Below are positions 12,640-25,147 of a stretch of 64,000 nucleotides of DNA, in pieces (the stretch's first letter is position 1; each line of letters opens with the position of its first letter). Both the position numbers and the translations under genes were made by a program. Source of the stretch: Eledone cirrhosa (lineage: Eukaryota). Location: NCBI GenBank assembly GCA_964016885.1, contig OZ024742.1:211110001-211174000 (forward strand), written 5' to 3'. The notes below the pieces were generated by a model. The model had not been told where the DNA came from, searched no databases, and saw only the letters and a program-made list of their open reading frames with translations.

Positions 12640-12965
12640 CACCCCCACCCCATCCACACCGCCCCTTTCAATGTAAAGTTATGTTGGTGCCACAACATCC
12701 AGGCCGAAACAAATGAGATCGTGTAGGTGTCATGACAAAAAAACACACAGTCCACGCTGTAATGTGGCCGTGTAGGCAACATGGTAAAAACCTCCCAGCC
12801 CCACACTGTAAATGTGGTTGGTGTTAGGAAGGGCATCCAGCTGTAGAAAACCCGCCAGACAGTCCTATGCGAGCAAGACAACCACTCTTGCCTCAAGTGG
12901 GAAAACTCCCGTCCAAACCCATGCAAGTGTGGAACATGGACGTTAAACGATGATGATGATGATGA
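12640..12965 (+). mobile_element. RTE 3' UTR fragment
   Basis: Reverse complement of about 9516-9830; ends in (GAT)n. Confidence 0.75.
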
Positions 12966-12996
<31 letters not shown>

Positions 12997-13138
12997 TGAA
13001 AAATGGAACGGGAACAAAACAGAGGCAGTACGATATATATATATATATATATATAGTTCAAACTTAGACAGGAACAAAAACAGAGAGGCAGTACAAATAA
13101 GAGTTTATTAGGTTCACGCTTTTGAGAGTGGGGGGTGG

Positions 13139-13170
13139 GACGTTTCGGGCATAAGCCCTTCATCAGGAGA
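13139..13170 (-). ncRNA. Minimal PLE-type hammerhead motif
   Basis: Minus strand cCTGATGAa-gggc ttat gccc-GAAA-cg-TC; stem I is poor. Confidence 0.6.
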
Positions 13171-13289
13171 AAAGTGGGTAGGAAGAGAAAAAGTGGGTAG
13201 GGGAGTAGTGGAAAGACATTTAGAAAAAAAGGGGGGGGGGACGATTGAAAAAGTACAAGTACAAATAAAAGTAAACATAAAAATAAACA

Positions 13290-13415
13290 TAAAAATAAAC
13301 AAGTGGTGGAAGGGTGTGAGGCGTGTAGGGGTGGTGGCGGGTGTAGTGGGGAGAGGGAGGCGGGGGTCCAAGCGGGAGGGCTGAAGGTGGTGTTTGTGTA
13401 TGTGTGTAGGTGTAC

Positions 13416-13446
<31 letters not shown>

Positions 13447-14460
13447 AGAGTTGGGGGAAGAACGAGGTTCCATGTTCAGGAAAAGGTGTTTGCATGGGGT
13501 GGGGTGTAAGTCGGTGTGCATGCGTGTGGATGGAGAGGGGGTCAGAGGGGTGGGGGAGGGGGCGCATGTGGATTCCAGAGGCTGAGTGTGTATATGTGGG
13601 GGTAGGCACGTGTGTGTTTGTATTTATACGTGGTGTGGATGTAGGTAGCGTGGTTCGAAAAAAAATGTGAGTGCATGTTCGTGGGTAAGTTCCTAAGGTA
13701 GTTCTGTGGAGTGTGCGATGAGATGCTGGATATTTTTCATGCTGTAGAGTGGATAGCTGGAATGATGACCGGTGGTGTGGAATCCATTAGTTGTGGTGGT
13801 CGGAAGTGGAGAGATGTGGGGTGCACGCGCAACAGGAAGTGGTCAGAGGGTCAAGGCAGGGTGAAGTGATAGCAGTAGAGGAGGATGACAGGTGAAGAAT
13901 GGTCTGTGTGTGGTGTGGACTGTGTGTCTGTGTGTGCGGAGGTGCGGTGGACAGGGGAGAGGATGGGTAGGTGTGAAAGGTGGAGGGGGAAGGTGGTGAT
14001 ATGGGGGGGATGGGATGTATATTAGTAGAGGTGTTAGTTGGATGTGTGTGTGTGTAAAGGGGTGTAGGTGGAGCGGGGAGAGAAAAGGTGTTGGGGACGG
14101 AAGAGGGGGTGTAGTGTACTGGTGTGTGTGTGTGCGTGTTTGGATGAGTGTGTGTGTGTGGTAGAGGGGGTGTTAGTGGGTGTTAGTATTACTGCTGGTG
14201 GGGAAAGGGTTGAATGCGGGTGTGTAAGTGGGGGTTAGTGGTGGTTGGGTGTGTGTGTGATGGTGTGTGTTCGTGGGGTCGGGGTGATGTTAGTGATATT
14301 AGTTGTGGGGTGGTTGGAGTGGATGTGTGGGTGAGGGTTAGTGGTGGTAGTTGGATGTGTGGATAGTGTGAGTGCGTTTATATATGTACAGGTGGGTGGG
14401 TGCATGTGTGTGTGTGTGGGGGGGGGGGGGGGGGGGTAGAGGGAAGGGGGATGTTAGTAT
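13290..14460. repeat. G/T-rich low-complexity region
   Basis: (GT)n and G-runs with strong strand skew. Confidence 0.8.
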
Positions 14461-14466
14461 TGTTAG

Positions 14467-15730
14467 TTGGACTATTCATTAGCTTGGGAAACAGTTTCAA
14501 AAGCACCCGTGTACCGAAACACAGCTTTATCTAGATTCTGCAAATTGTGTATTGAGGAAATTTTTTACATACTTAAATGTAAAAACTCTATTAATCTAAG
14601 AACAAATTTATTTAATTCTTGTAGACATCGCCAGGATTCAACATTCAGAACTATATATAACTTAGAATTATACTTATAATATTTCTACTTATTTCCATAA
14701 CAATCTCATCCACTTGGTTTTATATATTGATATCTCTAAATCATAATATCTATAACATTTGCTGTAATTCCACTTCTTAAAGTTTCATAAAATATATACG
14801 TATATAATTCTAATCTTTTTTTTTTATTTTAATTTTAATAATTTTTATTTCTTTAATTTTTATTTCTTTAAAAATTACTTATCTCTTATAAATTATTATT
14901 TTTTTTAATTTTCTCAAATTTTTTCAATATTTTTTCAATACTTTATCAATATTTTTTCAATATTTTTCAATAGATTTATAACCACTAACTGATTCTGGCT
15001 AAATGTATTTTTCAACATCTATACTTATTTTGACTAAATAGTCTCACACTAACGAATAACTAAATTAAACCGGAGTTTTTTCCGTATCTTCCCATTTTAA
15101 ATCATATAAATATAAATATTCTTATTAACTCAGTTAATTTAATTTAATTTAACTTAATATTTATTTACATTAAATACAAAACCAATATCCCTCATAACTC
15201 ATTAGAACAATTATCTATAACATGATATACCCATCTATTTATTTATTTATTTATCTACTTATAACAGAAGAAAAATATATTATAAACAAACTTTAAACAA
15301 CTAATAATCATAAATACACGTACTATTAAGATATATACTTAGAATATATTTCCCTCAAATTAACGTTATATGAGTTTTTATTCATCTTTTCTTGTTTCTT
15401 TCTTCTCTCTCTCTCGCACTATTTTATCCTTCTCCTCTTATCTCTTCTCTCTCTCTCTCTCCATAGTCGTTTAAATAAACGGTTGTTTTTCAATTATTTA
15501 CATATTCATTTGCATATTCACACATAAGTTTGAAAAATCCCTAATATATTTCCACTATCCAGTGAATTTCCAACCGATAAGGTATGATTTTCATGGGTAT
15601 GTCTCTATTTATAAAACAAACTTTATATTTTATCTGATGAAAGCGTACCAATGTGTCTTGGTACCCTTGAAATATATATAATAAAATAAATATGGTTTTA
15701 TAAATATAGTTTCCATTTATTTAATATCAG
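14467..15730 (+). mobile_element. 3' end of a Penelope-like element (GIY-YIG C-terminus, AT-rich UTR, hammerhead)
   Basis: W...KAP.Y.....CKLCIEE.FYI...INLRTNLFNSCRHR is a typical PLE ORF end; hammerhead at 15628; ends in (TA)n. Confidence 0.75.
15628..15686 (+). ncRNA. Type I hammerhead ribozyme
   Basis: ttttat-CTGATGA-aag.gtaccaa tgtgtc ttggtac.ctt-GAAA-tatata-TA-ataaaa. Confidence 0.8.
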
Positions 15731-15777
15731 TGTATATATATATATATATATTAAAAAAACAGATTAAAGTTTATATA

Positions 15778-16120
15778 TCATCATCATCATCATTTCATTT
15801 TACGTTCGCTTTTCCCTGTTTGCAAGGGTGGGACGGGAACTGATGTTGGCTTGATTTCTACAGCTGGATGCCCTTCCTAACACCAACCTCATTTACAGTG
15901 AGTGCTGGGTGCTTTTTTGCTGTGGCACCTACACGACCACTTTGCAGTGGAATGATAGGGACCCCAGTCCCTATCATCTCATTTCTACAGCTGAGTAAAC
16001 TGGAGCAATGTGAAATAAAGTGTCTTGCTCAAGGAAACAACACATCACCCGGTCTGAGAATTGAACTCACAACCTTTCGATTGCAAGGCCAATGCTCTAA
16101 CCACTAAGCCATGTGCCTCC
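15778..16120 (-). mobile_element. Full-length tRNA-derived SINE with RTE-type tail
   Basis: tRNA-like head, CORE-like block, RTE-like 3' part and (ATG)n tail. Confidence 0.85.
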
Positions 16121-16180
16121 ATAAATATATATATACATATACATATATATATATATACATATATTTATATATGTATATAC

Positions 16181-16239
<59 letters not shown>

Positions 16240-16240
16240 C

Positions 16241-16271
<31 letters not shown>

Positions 16272-16363
16272 TATATAGTAATAATAATAAAATTGAAGAC
16301 TAAAATCCAAAGAGGGCTCGATAAGGATAAATATATATCAAATATATAAGAACCGTAGAGCAA

Positions 16364-16725
16364 ATATTTATTAAAATAACAGATTAAAGTTTAAGCAAAG
16401 AATCGCTGCTTTCACCCTTAACGGGATCTTCTGAAACTAACAAAGTCAATCTGTAAACGCAGAACTGGATATTTCAAAAAACGTTGCAACCGGAGGAAGA
16501 CAGGAAGACGATACTTTGGTTCGTGGTAACGTTCGCTGGTAAAGAACGGCCAGCGAACGTTACCACGAACCAAAGTATCGTCTTCCTGTCTTCCTCCGGT
16601 TGCAACGTTTTTTGAAATATCCAGTTCTGCGTTTACAGATTGACTTTGTTAGTTTCAGAAGATCCCGTTAAGGGTGAAAGCAGCGATTCTTTGCTTAAAC
16701 TTTAATCTGTTATTTTAATAAATAT
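16364..16725. repeat. Perfect palindrome with 176-bp arms and a 10-nt loop
   Basis: 16364-16539 is the reverse complement of 16550-16725. Confidence 0.95.
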
Positions 16726-16989
16726 ATATATATATATATGTATATATATAATGGTATATATATATAATGTATATATATAATGTATATATCCTAAACGGAC
16801 GGTAGTCCGTTTAGTAATATTGTTGTGGTCGTGTTTTCGTTGGCAATCGTCTGTTTACGACAGTACAGCGCGGCTCTACTTTATTTAACTGAGATAAAAC
16901 TTATATGAGCATGAACAGTAGATCATTACGCATCTTTTGGCTTAAAAATCTAGAAATTTAGTCCAGCGGGAAAAAGTTTATAATCAAAG

Positions 16990-18200
16990 TTTGCTGATAA
17001 ATCTTGTGTTCAAGTGAGTGAATAGTAAGCGTGACGCTAGGGGAGGTAATCCAGAAATGACGACGTTTGGAATATGTATATTTGTGTACGTCGCCATATA
17101 TGTATGTATGTATATGTGTATATGCATATTTGTGTATGTCGCAATACATGTATGTATGTGTGTATATGTATATTTGCGTACGTCGCCATATATGTGTGTA
17201 TATGTATATTTGTGTATGTCGCAATATATGTATGTATGTGTGTATATGTATATTTGTGTACGTCGCCATATATGTATGTATGTGTGTATATGTATATTTG
17301 TGTACGTCGCCATATATGTATGTATGTGTGTATATGTATATTTGTGTACGTCGCCATATATGTATGTATGTGTATATGTATATTTGTGTACGTTGTCATA
17401 TATGTTTGTATGTATGTGTGTATATGTATATTTGTGTACGTCGCCATATATGTATGTGTATATGTATATTTGTGTACGTTGTCATATATGTTTGTATGTA
17501 TGTGTGTATATGTATATTTGTGTACGTCGGCATATATGTATGTATGTGTATATGTATATTTGTGTACGTCGCCATATATGTATGTATGTATGTATGTGTA
17601 TATGTATATTTGTGTACGTCGCCATATATGCAGTATGTATGTGTGTATATGTATATTTGCTGATAAATCTTGTGTTCAAGTGAGTGAGTAGTAAGCGTGA
17701 CGCTAGGGGAGGTAATCCAGAAATGACGACGTTTGGAATATGTATATTTGTGTATGTCGCAATATATGTATGTATGTGTGTATATGTATATTTGTGTACG
17801 TCGCCATATATGTATGTATGTGTGTATATGTATATTTGTGTACGTCGCCATATATGTATGTATGTATGTGTGTGTATGTATATTTGTGTACATCGCCATA
17901 TATGTATGTATGTGTGTATATGTATATTTGTGTACGTCGCCATATATGTTTGTATGTATGTGTGTATATATATATATTTGTGTACGTCGCCATATATGTA
18001 TGTATGTGTATATGTATATTTGTGTACGTCGCCATATATGCAGTATGTATATATATGTGTGTATATGTATATTTGTTTATGTCGCGATATATGTATGTAT
18101 GTATGTGTGTATACGTATATTTGTGTATGTCGCCATATATGTGTGTATGTATGTGTATATGTATATTTGTGTACGTCGCCATATATGTATGTATGTGTGT
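16990..18200. repeat. Minisatellite of about 40-46 bp with a higher-order duplication
   Basis: Unit tatgtatatttgtgtacgtcgccatatatgtatgtatgtgtg; an 85-bp unique block occurs at about 16990 and 17656. Confidence 0.9.
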
Positions 18201-18900
18201 ATCGGGCTCACATACATTCTCTGTGCGTGATTTGGCTCAGCTCAGCCAATCAGCGCCAGTAGAAGAGGATGTATCCCTACGCGTTCGGAGGGAGAAATAG
18301 CCCGCAAAGATTTGAGGACGCTATCACTTCCAGGCTAGACCGTGTTAAGGTAAACAACACTTGTTCTTTTGCTCCGTAAGCACAAACAATATGTAACGAC
18401 AAAACATTACCTACGAGCCTGACCAAACGCCTTCAGCCAGTCGCCCGTATTTTCTCTTGTAATCTTAATTGAATTATTTCATTATTCTTGGCATGCCAGC
18501 TTAATTCACTTCTTAACCTTTATTAATAAATAATGTAAAAACAAGCTAAAATTCGTTGTCGATATTCCTATCGTATCTTTCTACCAAACCTGGTTCCTCG
18601 TGGCAACAACACAACAACTCTCTAAATATTCTTCTCCGCTAAATTCGAATTTATACTTAAACCAAATTGGTGACAATATATCTACACCAAATTTGTGACC
18701 CTCGACGATTAAGTATGAAAACGCAGCCTATTTGAATTCGCCAGTCGTTTTAACGGAAATGTGGAGTGGTTTAACATTTGGAATATTCGAATCGGGTTTC
18801 TAGACTCGCTTAGCGTAAGTCCATAAAATTCATAATATTCCATTTGTTGAAGCACGCGACCTACACAATATTTCTGTTATAACTTTCATGGTAACACAAG
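18200..18900 (+). mobile_element. Possible highly decayed LTR-retrotransposon 5' end
   Basis: PBS-like tgtgaccctcgacg at about 18694, followed by faint gag-like residues. Confidence 0.25.
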
Positions 18901-19107
18901 TAACTCACGCATACAGACAAACACAAAAATACTACACAAAAGAAAGAGTTTTTTCGACGTCTAACAAAAAATTTCTCTTTTGGATTGAAAATTATTATTG
19001 TGAGCATAGTTTGATAAAAAAAATTAAAAAAAAGAATTTAAAAAAAAAATGAATTTCTCTGGATATAGAATTTTGCTCGGCTTATTCAGTTTTTCCATGG
19101 CACAGAA

Positions 19108-22100
19108 ATGGAGTATTTCCATTTCGAATCAATACCTTTCACTAAAATCGGGCAATTGGACTGATCAAATTCACATTCATGCCAGTTTTTAAAAATCAGA
19201 GGTGAGCAAAGTGAGACAGATGCACAAAAAGAAGGGGGTGAGCGAAGTGACCAGGAAGATTTTGATGGCAGAAAATGTACAGAACTTCTGACTTTGGCTA
19301 GATTGTGCAAATTTGGTCCCCCATCAAATTGCCCAGATCCCACTGCACGTCTAAAGCTAGCTAAACGAATGCACAAGGCCATACATGAACTTTCACCTGA
19401 TTTGACTGTGTCCCAAATTCGGAAAAAAATGGAAATCTTTGAGCAGTGTAAAGGATTCCATAGGGACAACATCTATTGCATAGGACAGTCTGACTGCACA
19501 AATGGACTTGAACTGATTCGAAGTATGGCTCCTCACTCTCCTCGCATCCGTACAATTCTGAGATGTGTGTACAAAGTGAGATCAGTCTGTGTCTGGCTAG
19601 ACTCCTATGACATTTCAATCTTGGAAGGAAATTGGTCAATGTTTAATGATCTAGTAAATCCCCAAAACATGTCCAACAATCTGCTAAGCCGTTTGAATGA
19701 GATAGTGGAAAATGAAAATGAGAGCTTGCATTCAGAATCCTCAATCATGGCCAATTTTGCATCCATTATCAAACATTTTAATAAAGAGATTCAAAAAATG
19801 AAAATCAACTCCTGTGACATTTGCAAACAACGAGAATTAGATGCTAAACTCAAAGTCTGCGAGGATTGGAGCCCTTTGACAAATCCCTATCTCCTGGAAA
19901 CCATTCAACAAAACTACTCTCTACCATGTACGATTTGCTCTACATGTAGAAATGGTCTTGTCAAAAAGTCGATACCATCATTGGCTTCAATCAATGGCCT
20001 AGAAGTGGTCAAAATTCCAAATGTGTTGTCAAAGTTGAACATGTATGAGCAGATTTTGATCCAAATGGCCATTTGCTTCATCAATGTCATTAAATTGTCA
20101 CCCTATCGTTTCAAAGGTGCACCATCACATCTAGTAGCTACTATTAAAGGAATAGCAACTCACATGCCACTAGCAGTAGAAAACACAATCAATCATGTAA
20201 TGAAAAAACTTCCATCGAATCAAAATGATGCATTTGAAATAATTGTTGATAGTCTTCCAACTAAAAAGGGCACAATTTGGCGATCGCTAGTGAATATGCA
20301 AAATGTCTTTGATGCCTTGGAGTGGCTGAAAAACAACAATGACATTTACAATGACATTTTGATAGACAGAACCACAAATTTAGAGGACATTGTTACATGC
20401 ACTGGTGAAAATGTTTCCATCAATTTTCCACACATTCTCACACAAACTGGTGCTGAAACAGTCTATGAACACCATACTGTACAGCAAATCAAGCCTGCAC
20501 TCCCAAATCAAAAGGACCTTGAACTGTTTCGCATGAAACGAGTTGAAGGTACTCTTCTTCCGGACAATGATCCAAACCTGGATCTGATGTGCTTCCCCCA
20601 CTTATTCCCTAAAAGAAAATTTGGAATGATGCACATGAACAGACCCCATGGTAGAGTAAAGCCCTACATGTTCATCAGAAACAGACTCAGACATGAGGAC
20701 CCCCGGTTTCGTAGAGACATTCAGTACATTCTCTACAATTTGGACAAGGCTGACAAAAGAGCACTAGATTCTGGCATTTATGCCGTAATGAAATCACTCA
20801 AAAGTCCAAAATTGACACTTGCTCAATTTTATAAAAGATTGGAAGACAATGATGAACAATTGGAAAGTGGTTTGTCAATGATGATGGCGAATGTTCGTGG
20901 AACAAAGCCATTTTGGGAACGCAAGTGCTCCGACGTGAATGCCATAGATGAGAAATTCGGTCCTGCCCATTTGTTTATCACTCTTTCATGTGCTGAATAC
21001 TTTTGGCCAGGCTTGAGGGAATTTTTGGAAAAACTCAATAAAGACATTGCAAATGTTGAAACAAGGCCGATAGGGAATCTCTGTGCAAATGATGTTGTGG
21101 CTGTCAGTGAGTACTTTCACCATCGTTTTAGTGCTGTTTTTCATGATGTAATTTTAAATAAAAAAGGCCCATTTGGGGAAATTATTCATTACTTTTGGCG
21201 ATTCGAGTATCAACAACGTGGTGCCCCTCACATTCACCTTAAAGCCTGGGTTCGGGACAGTGTAATTTTTGACAAAGATCCTAAAGAAAAAATCAAGCAA
21301 TTTATTGAACGCTGCATTACTTGCCGGCTACCATCCCCTGTGGCCAGCCCAAACTTGGCAAATCTCGTTAGATGGTTCCTAGTCCATACTTGTGGCAAAG
21401 CATGCTGGAGAATAGTGAGGAGAGGGAAAAATTTTCGTAAAAAATGCCGTTTTGGTTTTACACGTGCAGTGGGGCCATTTCGGTTTTTCTCAGTTTCTGA
21501 AAGTATCAAATCACGAAAAAATGGTAATGGGACAAAAAAACTGTACCAATTGGAAAGAAAAGAATCAGAAAAGTACATAAATGACTACAATCCATGTTTA
21601 CTTCTAGCCTGGCAAGCAAATATAGATGTGCAATACATTGGTGAGAATAGTATGATTTTGAATAGATATGTCACCTGCTATCAGACTAAGGCTGAAAAAA
21701 ATGAGGTTGAGGGAGTGTGGGCGAATCTGGATCATTCCAAAACAAAATATGGGAAATACAAAAGTGTTGGACTGCAATTGCTTGGGAAAAGGGATACAGG
21801 AGGGTATGAAGCTGCTGACAAACTTTTGGGGCATCATTTTTACGGGTGATCAGATCATGTTATTTGGGTAGGTGCAGACATTCCCAGTAGGCGCGGCCGC
21901 AGATTGAAATCTCAAAATGATCTCGATGAACTGAGTGAACACTCAATGGACTTGTTCTACGAGAACATGGTGGAAACTTTTTACAAAAACCGGCCAAAAT
22001 TCCTCCTTATATGAAGTTGCCAGCAAATATGAGAGGACACAAAAAAAACCTGTTGACAAAGATGTGGCTACAAAAATGAAATTGCTCAATGACAAGGGGT

Positions 22101-24319
22101 ATTTTCATAGTGTAAAAGAGCGGGTAGTTAACGCACCGAATATACAGCTCAAAAATGACACAAAAGAACGTTATTACCACAATCTTCTAATGCTGTTCAA
22201 ACCCTGGCGCGATGAGGACAAAGATTTATTGGGGGGCTGCAAAACATTTGAAGAGTCCTTTCATCTGTGTGCAAACAATTTGCCTGATATGGTGAATTTT
22301 CAAAATGTGAGGAAAAAAATCACTGATGCAGTTGAGATGGGGAAGAGGTTGGAGAAGGAGGGTGAAAAGGAGGGAGAGGTCGGAGAAGGACGGAGAGAAG
22401 AGGGGGAGAAGGAGGCAAGAGATGAGGCTGGTATTGATGTTCCCCAAATTCGAGATGTAGATGAAACTGCTCTACAGACAAAAGAAACACAGCTTAATAC
22501 AGATCAAATATCCATATACAATCTAATTGTATCAGCAATTGAAAAACAGGAATTGCATTGGAATTCAGAAAAACCACTACCAAGGTGCAGATGTGATGAT
22601 TGCCCACAATTTCTCAAATTTGTCTCTGGTGTAGGAGGTACAGGGAAAAGTTTTCTCATTGATATAATTTCTGACAAAGTTACTCAAATTTGTTGCAAGA
22701 GAAATGGGGCCCCAGTAGTCATTTGCGCACCAACTGGTATGGCTGCTTTCCAAATCAAGGGGACTACTTTGCACAGGCTCTTGAAACTCCCAGTCCAACA
22801 TGGAAAGTCACCATCATATAGGGAATTAGAAAGTGATGAACTCAAAATTTTGCGACCCACTCTAGAGGGTGTCCGTCTGATAATTATCGATGAAATAAGT
22901 ATGGTCAGTCATCTGATGTTGGCATTTATCCATAGGCGTCTAGATGAAATTTTTGAGGACCAGAGTCAAATGACCAGCTCTTTTTGAAAAATAAATATTC
23001 TGGTTTTTGGCGATCTACTTCAACTTCCACCAGTAAATGAAAAAACACTCTTTTCCAGTATTTCTGCATATGATGCTAAAAGGACTGGTCTGGGAATAAG
23101 TGGGCAGTCACTGTGGAAATTTTTCGACTATGATGAGCTCACTATAAACATGCGGCAAAAAAATGACAGTGAAAACTATTCTGAAATGTTGGGTCGAATA
23201 AGAATAGGATCACCTACAGACATGGACATCAAGACTTTGAGTGAACATTGCCTATTCCCAGATCGCAGGGCAACAATGAGAGAGGCAACTGAGAAACTAA
23301 TGCAACTTTGCACATTACCTAGTCAAAAATTTGTTTGTATTTTGCCTGTCAATGAATCTGTAGATGAATTCAACAAGGAAATGCTTAAGCATGCCAACAT
23401 CAGTACAGTTGTAGTTATTGCTGAGGACTCAGGAATGCGCCAGAAGGGTCGTAAAAAAAAGTCAAAGTCAAACAAATTTTCCAAACCAAAAAAGGCATCA
23501 GACACTGCTGGACTTGCAAGTTGGAGTTGGGGCCAGAGTAATGCTGAGACGAAACATTAATTTGGTGAAGGGGCTATGTAATGGTGTCATGGGAACAGTG
23601 CAAAGCATGGTCAATGGAAAAGATGGGAAAATGGGACAAATCATTGTGGAATTTGATCACATGATAGGCAATGACATTTCAATAGAAAAGGTGACTGCAG
23701 ACTATGAAATCTCTCCTGGTGTGTATGTGACACGAAAACAGTTCCCCTAAGCCTTGCCTATGCCATCACCATCCATAAATCACAGGGAATAAGTGTTGAT
23801 GGGGTCATTGCTGATCTTGGTCCTCTGTTGTTCGCAGATGGAATGGCCTATGTTGCACTTTCACGAGCTAGGAAACTCTGCAATGTCTATTTGATAGATT
23901 TTGACCCACGAACCCTGATCATGTGTGACAAATCTGCTTGGGAAGAGTACAACAAATTGCGTTCTACAACAAAATTGCCTCCACTTGGACCATGTAGAAA
24001 TAAACCACCATGCATGGCTTCTGAATCTTGCATGCCAAAAAAACGATCATGGCGAATGTTGAATGTGGACAACCCTTCTGAATATGCTCCTCCTACCAAA
24101 AAACCTAAATTAGCTACAATTTCCATGCTCACTCCCATGATTAGACTACAAAATAAGGAAAATGCCTGTTTTGCCAATTCCACACTTCAAGCTATTGCCC
24201 AATTGCCCAAACTTTGGGAAACTTTGTTGTCTACCAAATTACTCAGTCCAGTTGTTCAGGAAATAGCAAATATTGTCAATGATTCAAAAATTAAACTTGC
24301 CCAATCTTCACAACATTGA
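19108..24319 (+). pseudogene. Helitron-like (Helentron/Helitron2-type) Rep-helicase with a C-terminal USP Cys box; a few stops and frameshifts
   Basis: CxxC pairs and DUF6570-like region; HUH motif EYQQRGAPHIH; YVTCYQTK; PIF1 motifs GVGGTGKS, IIDEISM, FGDLLQLPPV, MRQ, YAITIHKSQG, YVALSR; then LQNKENACFANSTLQ. Confidence 0.9.
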
Positions 24320-24591
24320 AAATTGGTCAAAATTTGACAAATCTGACTTCAAACCAGATATGATTCATTTGAACAATGTTGGAAATCTTAAATTGACACA
24401 AATTTTTGCCAATGTTTTTGCCACCTGAGGTAATTACAAGGGGAGGTAATTACGAGTCTCTCTCTATTATCTAATATATTTCAAATTGTATTTTTAACTA
24501 AATTCATTTATCATAGTCTAATATTTTAAAAATAGGTTAGTGCTCCACGATGATGACCCATGTCCCCGCCATGTGGAGGGGATGCTTAGGA

Positions 24592-24651
24592 GCCATCCAG
24601 ATATCATGTGACCATTTTTGGTTCGCAGTGTCCACATGATATCTGGATGGC
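24592..24651. repeat. 19-bp perfect hairpin, candidate terminus of the Helitron-like element
   Basis: gccatccagatatcatgtg / cacatgatatctggatggc; CTAA follows at 24660-24663. Confidence 0.6.
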
Positions 24652-25147
24652 CCTTTATACTAATTAGTCATTTATCTGCATAAAAATTATACCAGATCAT
24701 TCTGATTATTGGCTTGAAATCTTTTACAAAATTAGTATGAGCAACTAAGAGGTCATCAATAGAAATAGAATTACTTTTTGAAGTTTTCATGCACAGCATT
24801 TTTGGGGATTTTAAATAAAAGTTAATATCATAATTCTTATTTTGTATACCCACATTGCAGATACAGAGAAACATGACAATCCTATATAAAGGTCGTAGAC
24901 AGCAGTATCAGTTTTTATCCGTAACACCATTGAAATGCACAAGTTTCACCAATTCACTATTATGCACTAATCATCTCAAATGCATTCATGATTTACTAGC
25001 TTTGTCATTAAGCCAGTTGCCTCAACTAGATTGCAATTATACTCAAAAGAACTTTAAAATGTCAATCACTTGTCAGTAATTCACTATGATCTTTTAATTA
25101 TTAGATAGTTGTTGCTTGCATTGCCTTAAAAAATAGTAGACCAGATA

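Noticed and set aside
16650-16690. Hammerhead-like CAGAAGA-stem-GAAA in the palindrome and at about 26714
   Set aside because: Core has A in place of U, with no proper UH site or stem I; at most a decayed relic.
16958-18300. Many long overlapping ORFs rich in Y/I/H/T/V/C/M
   Set aside because: Artefacts of the stop-poor minisatellite; the same applies to the (TA)n ORFs at 9028-9299, 12333-13163 and 16061-16363.
21847-24590. Selenocysteine readthrough of in-frame TGAs with a SECIS-like stem near 24550
   Set aside because: The TGAs fall at non-Cys positions (for example the FGG motif before NILVFGD), frameshifts are also present, and the stem lacks the usual apical AA.
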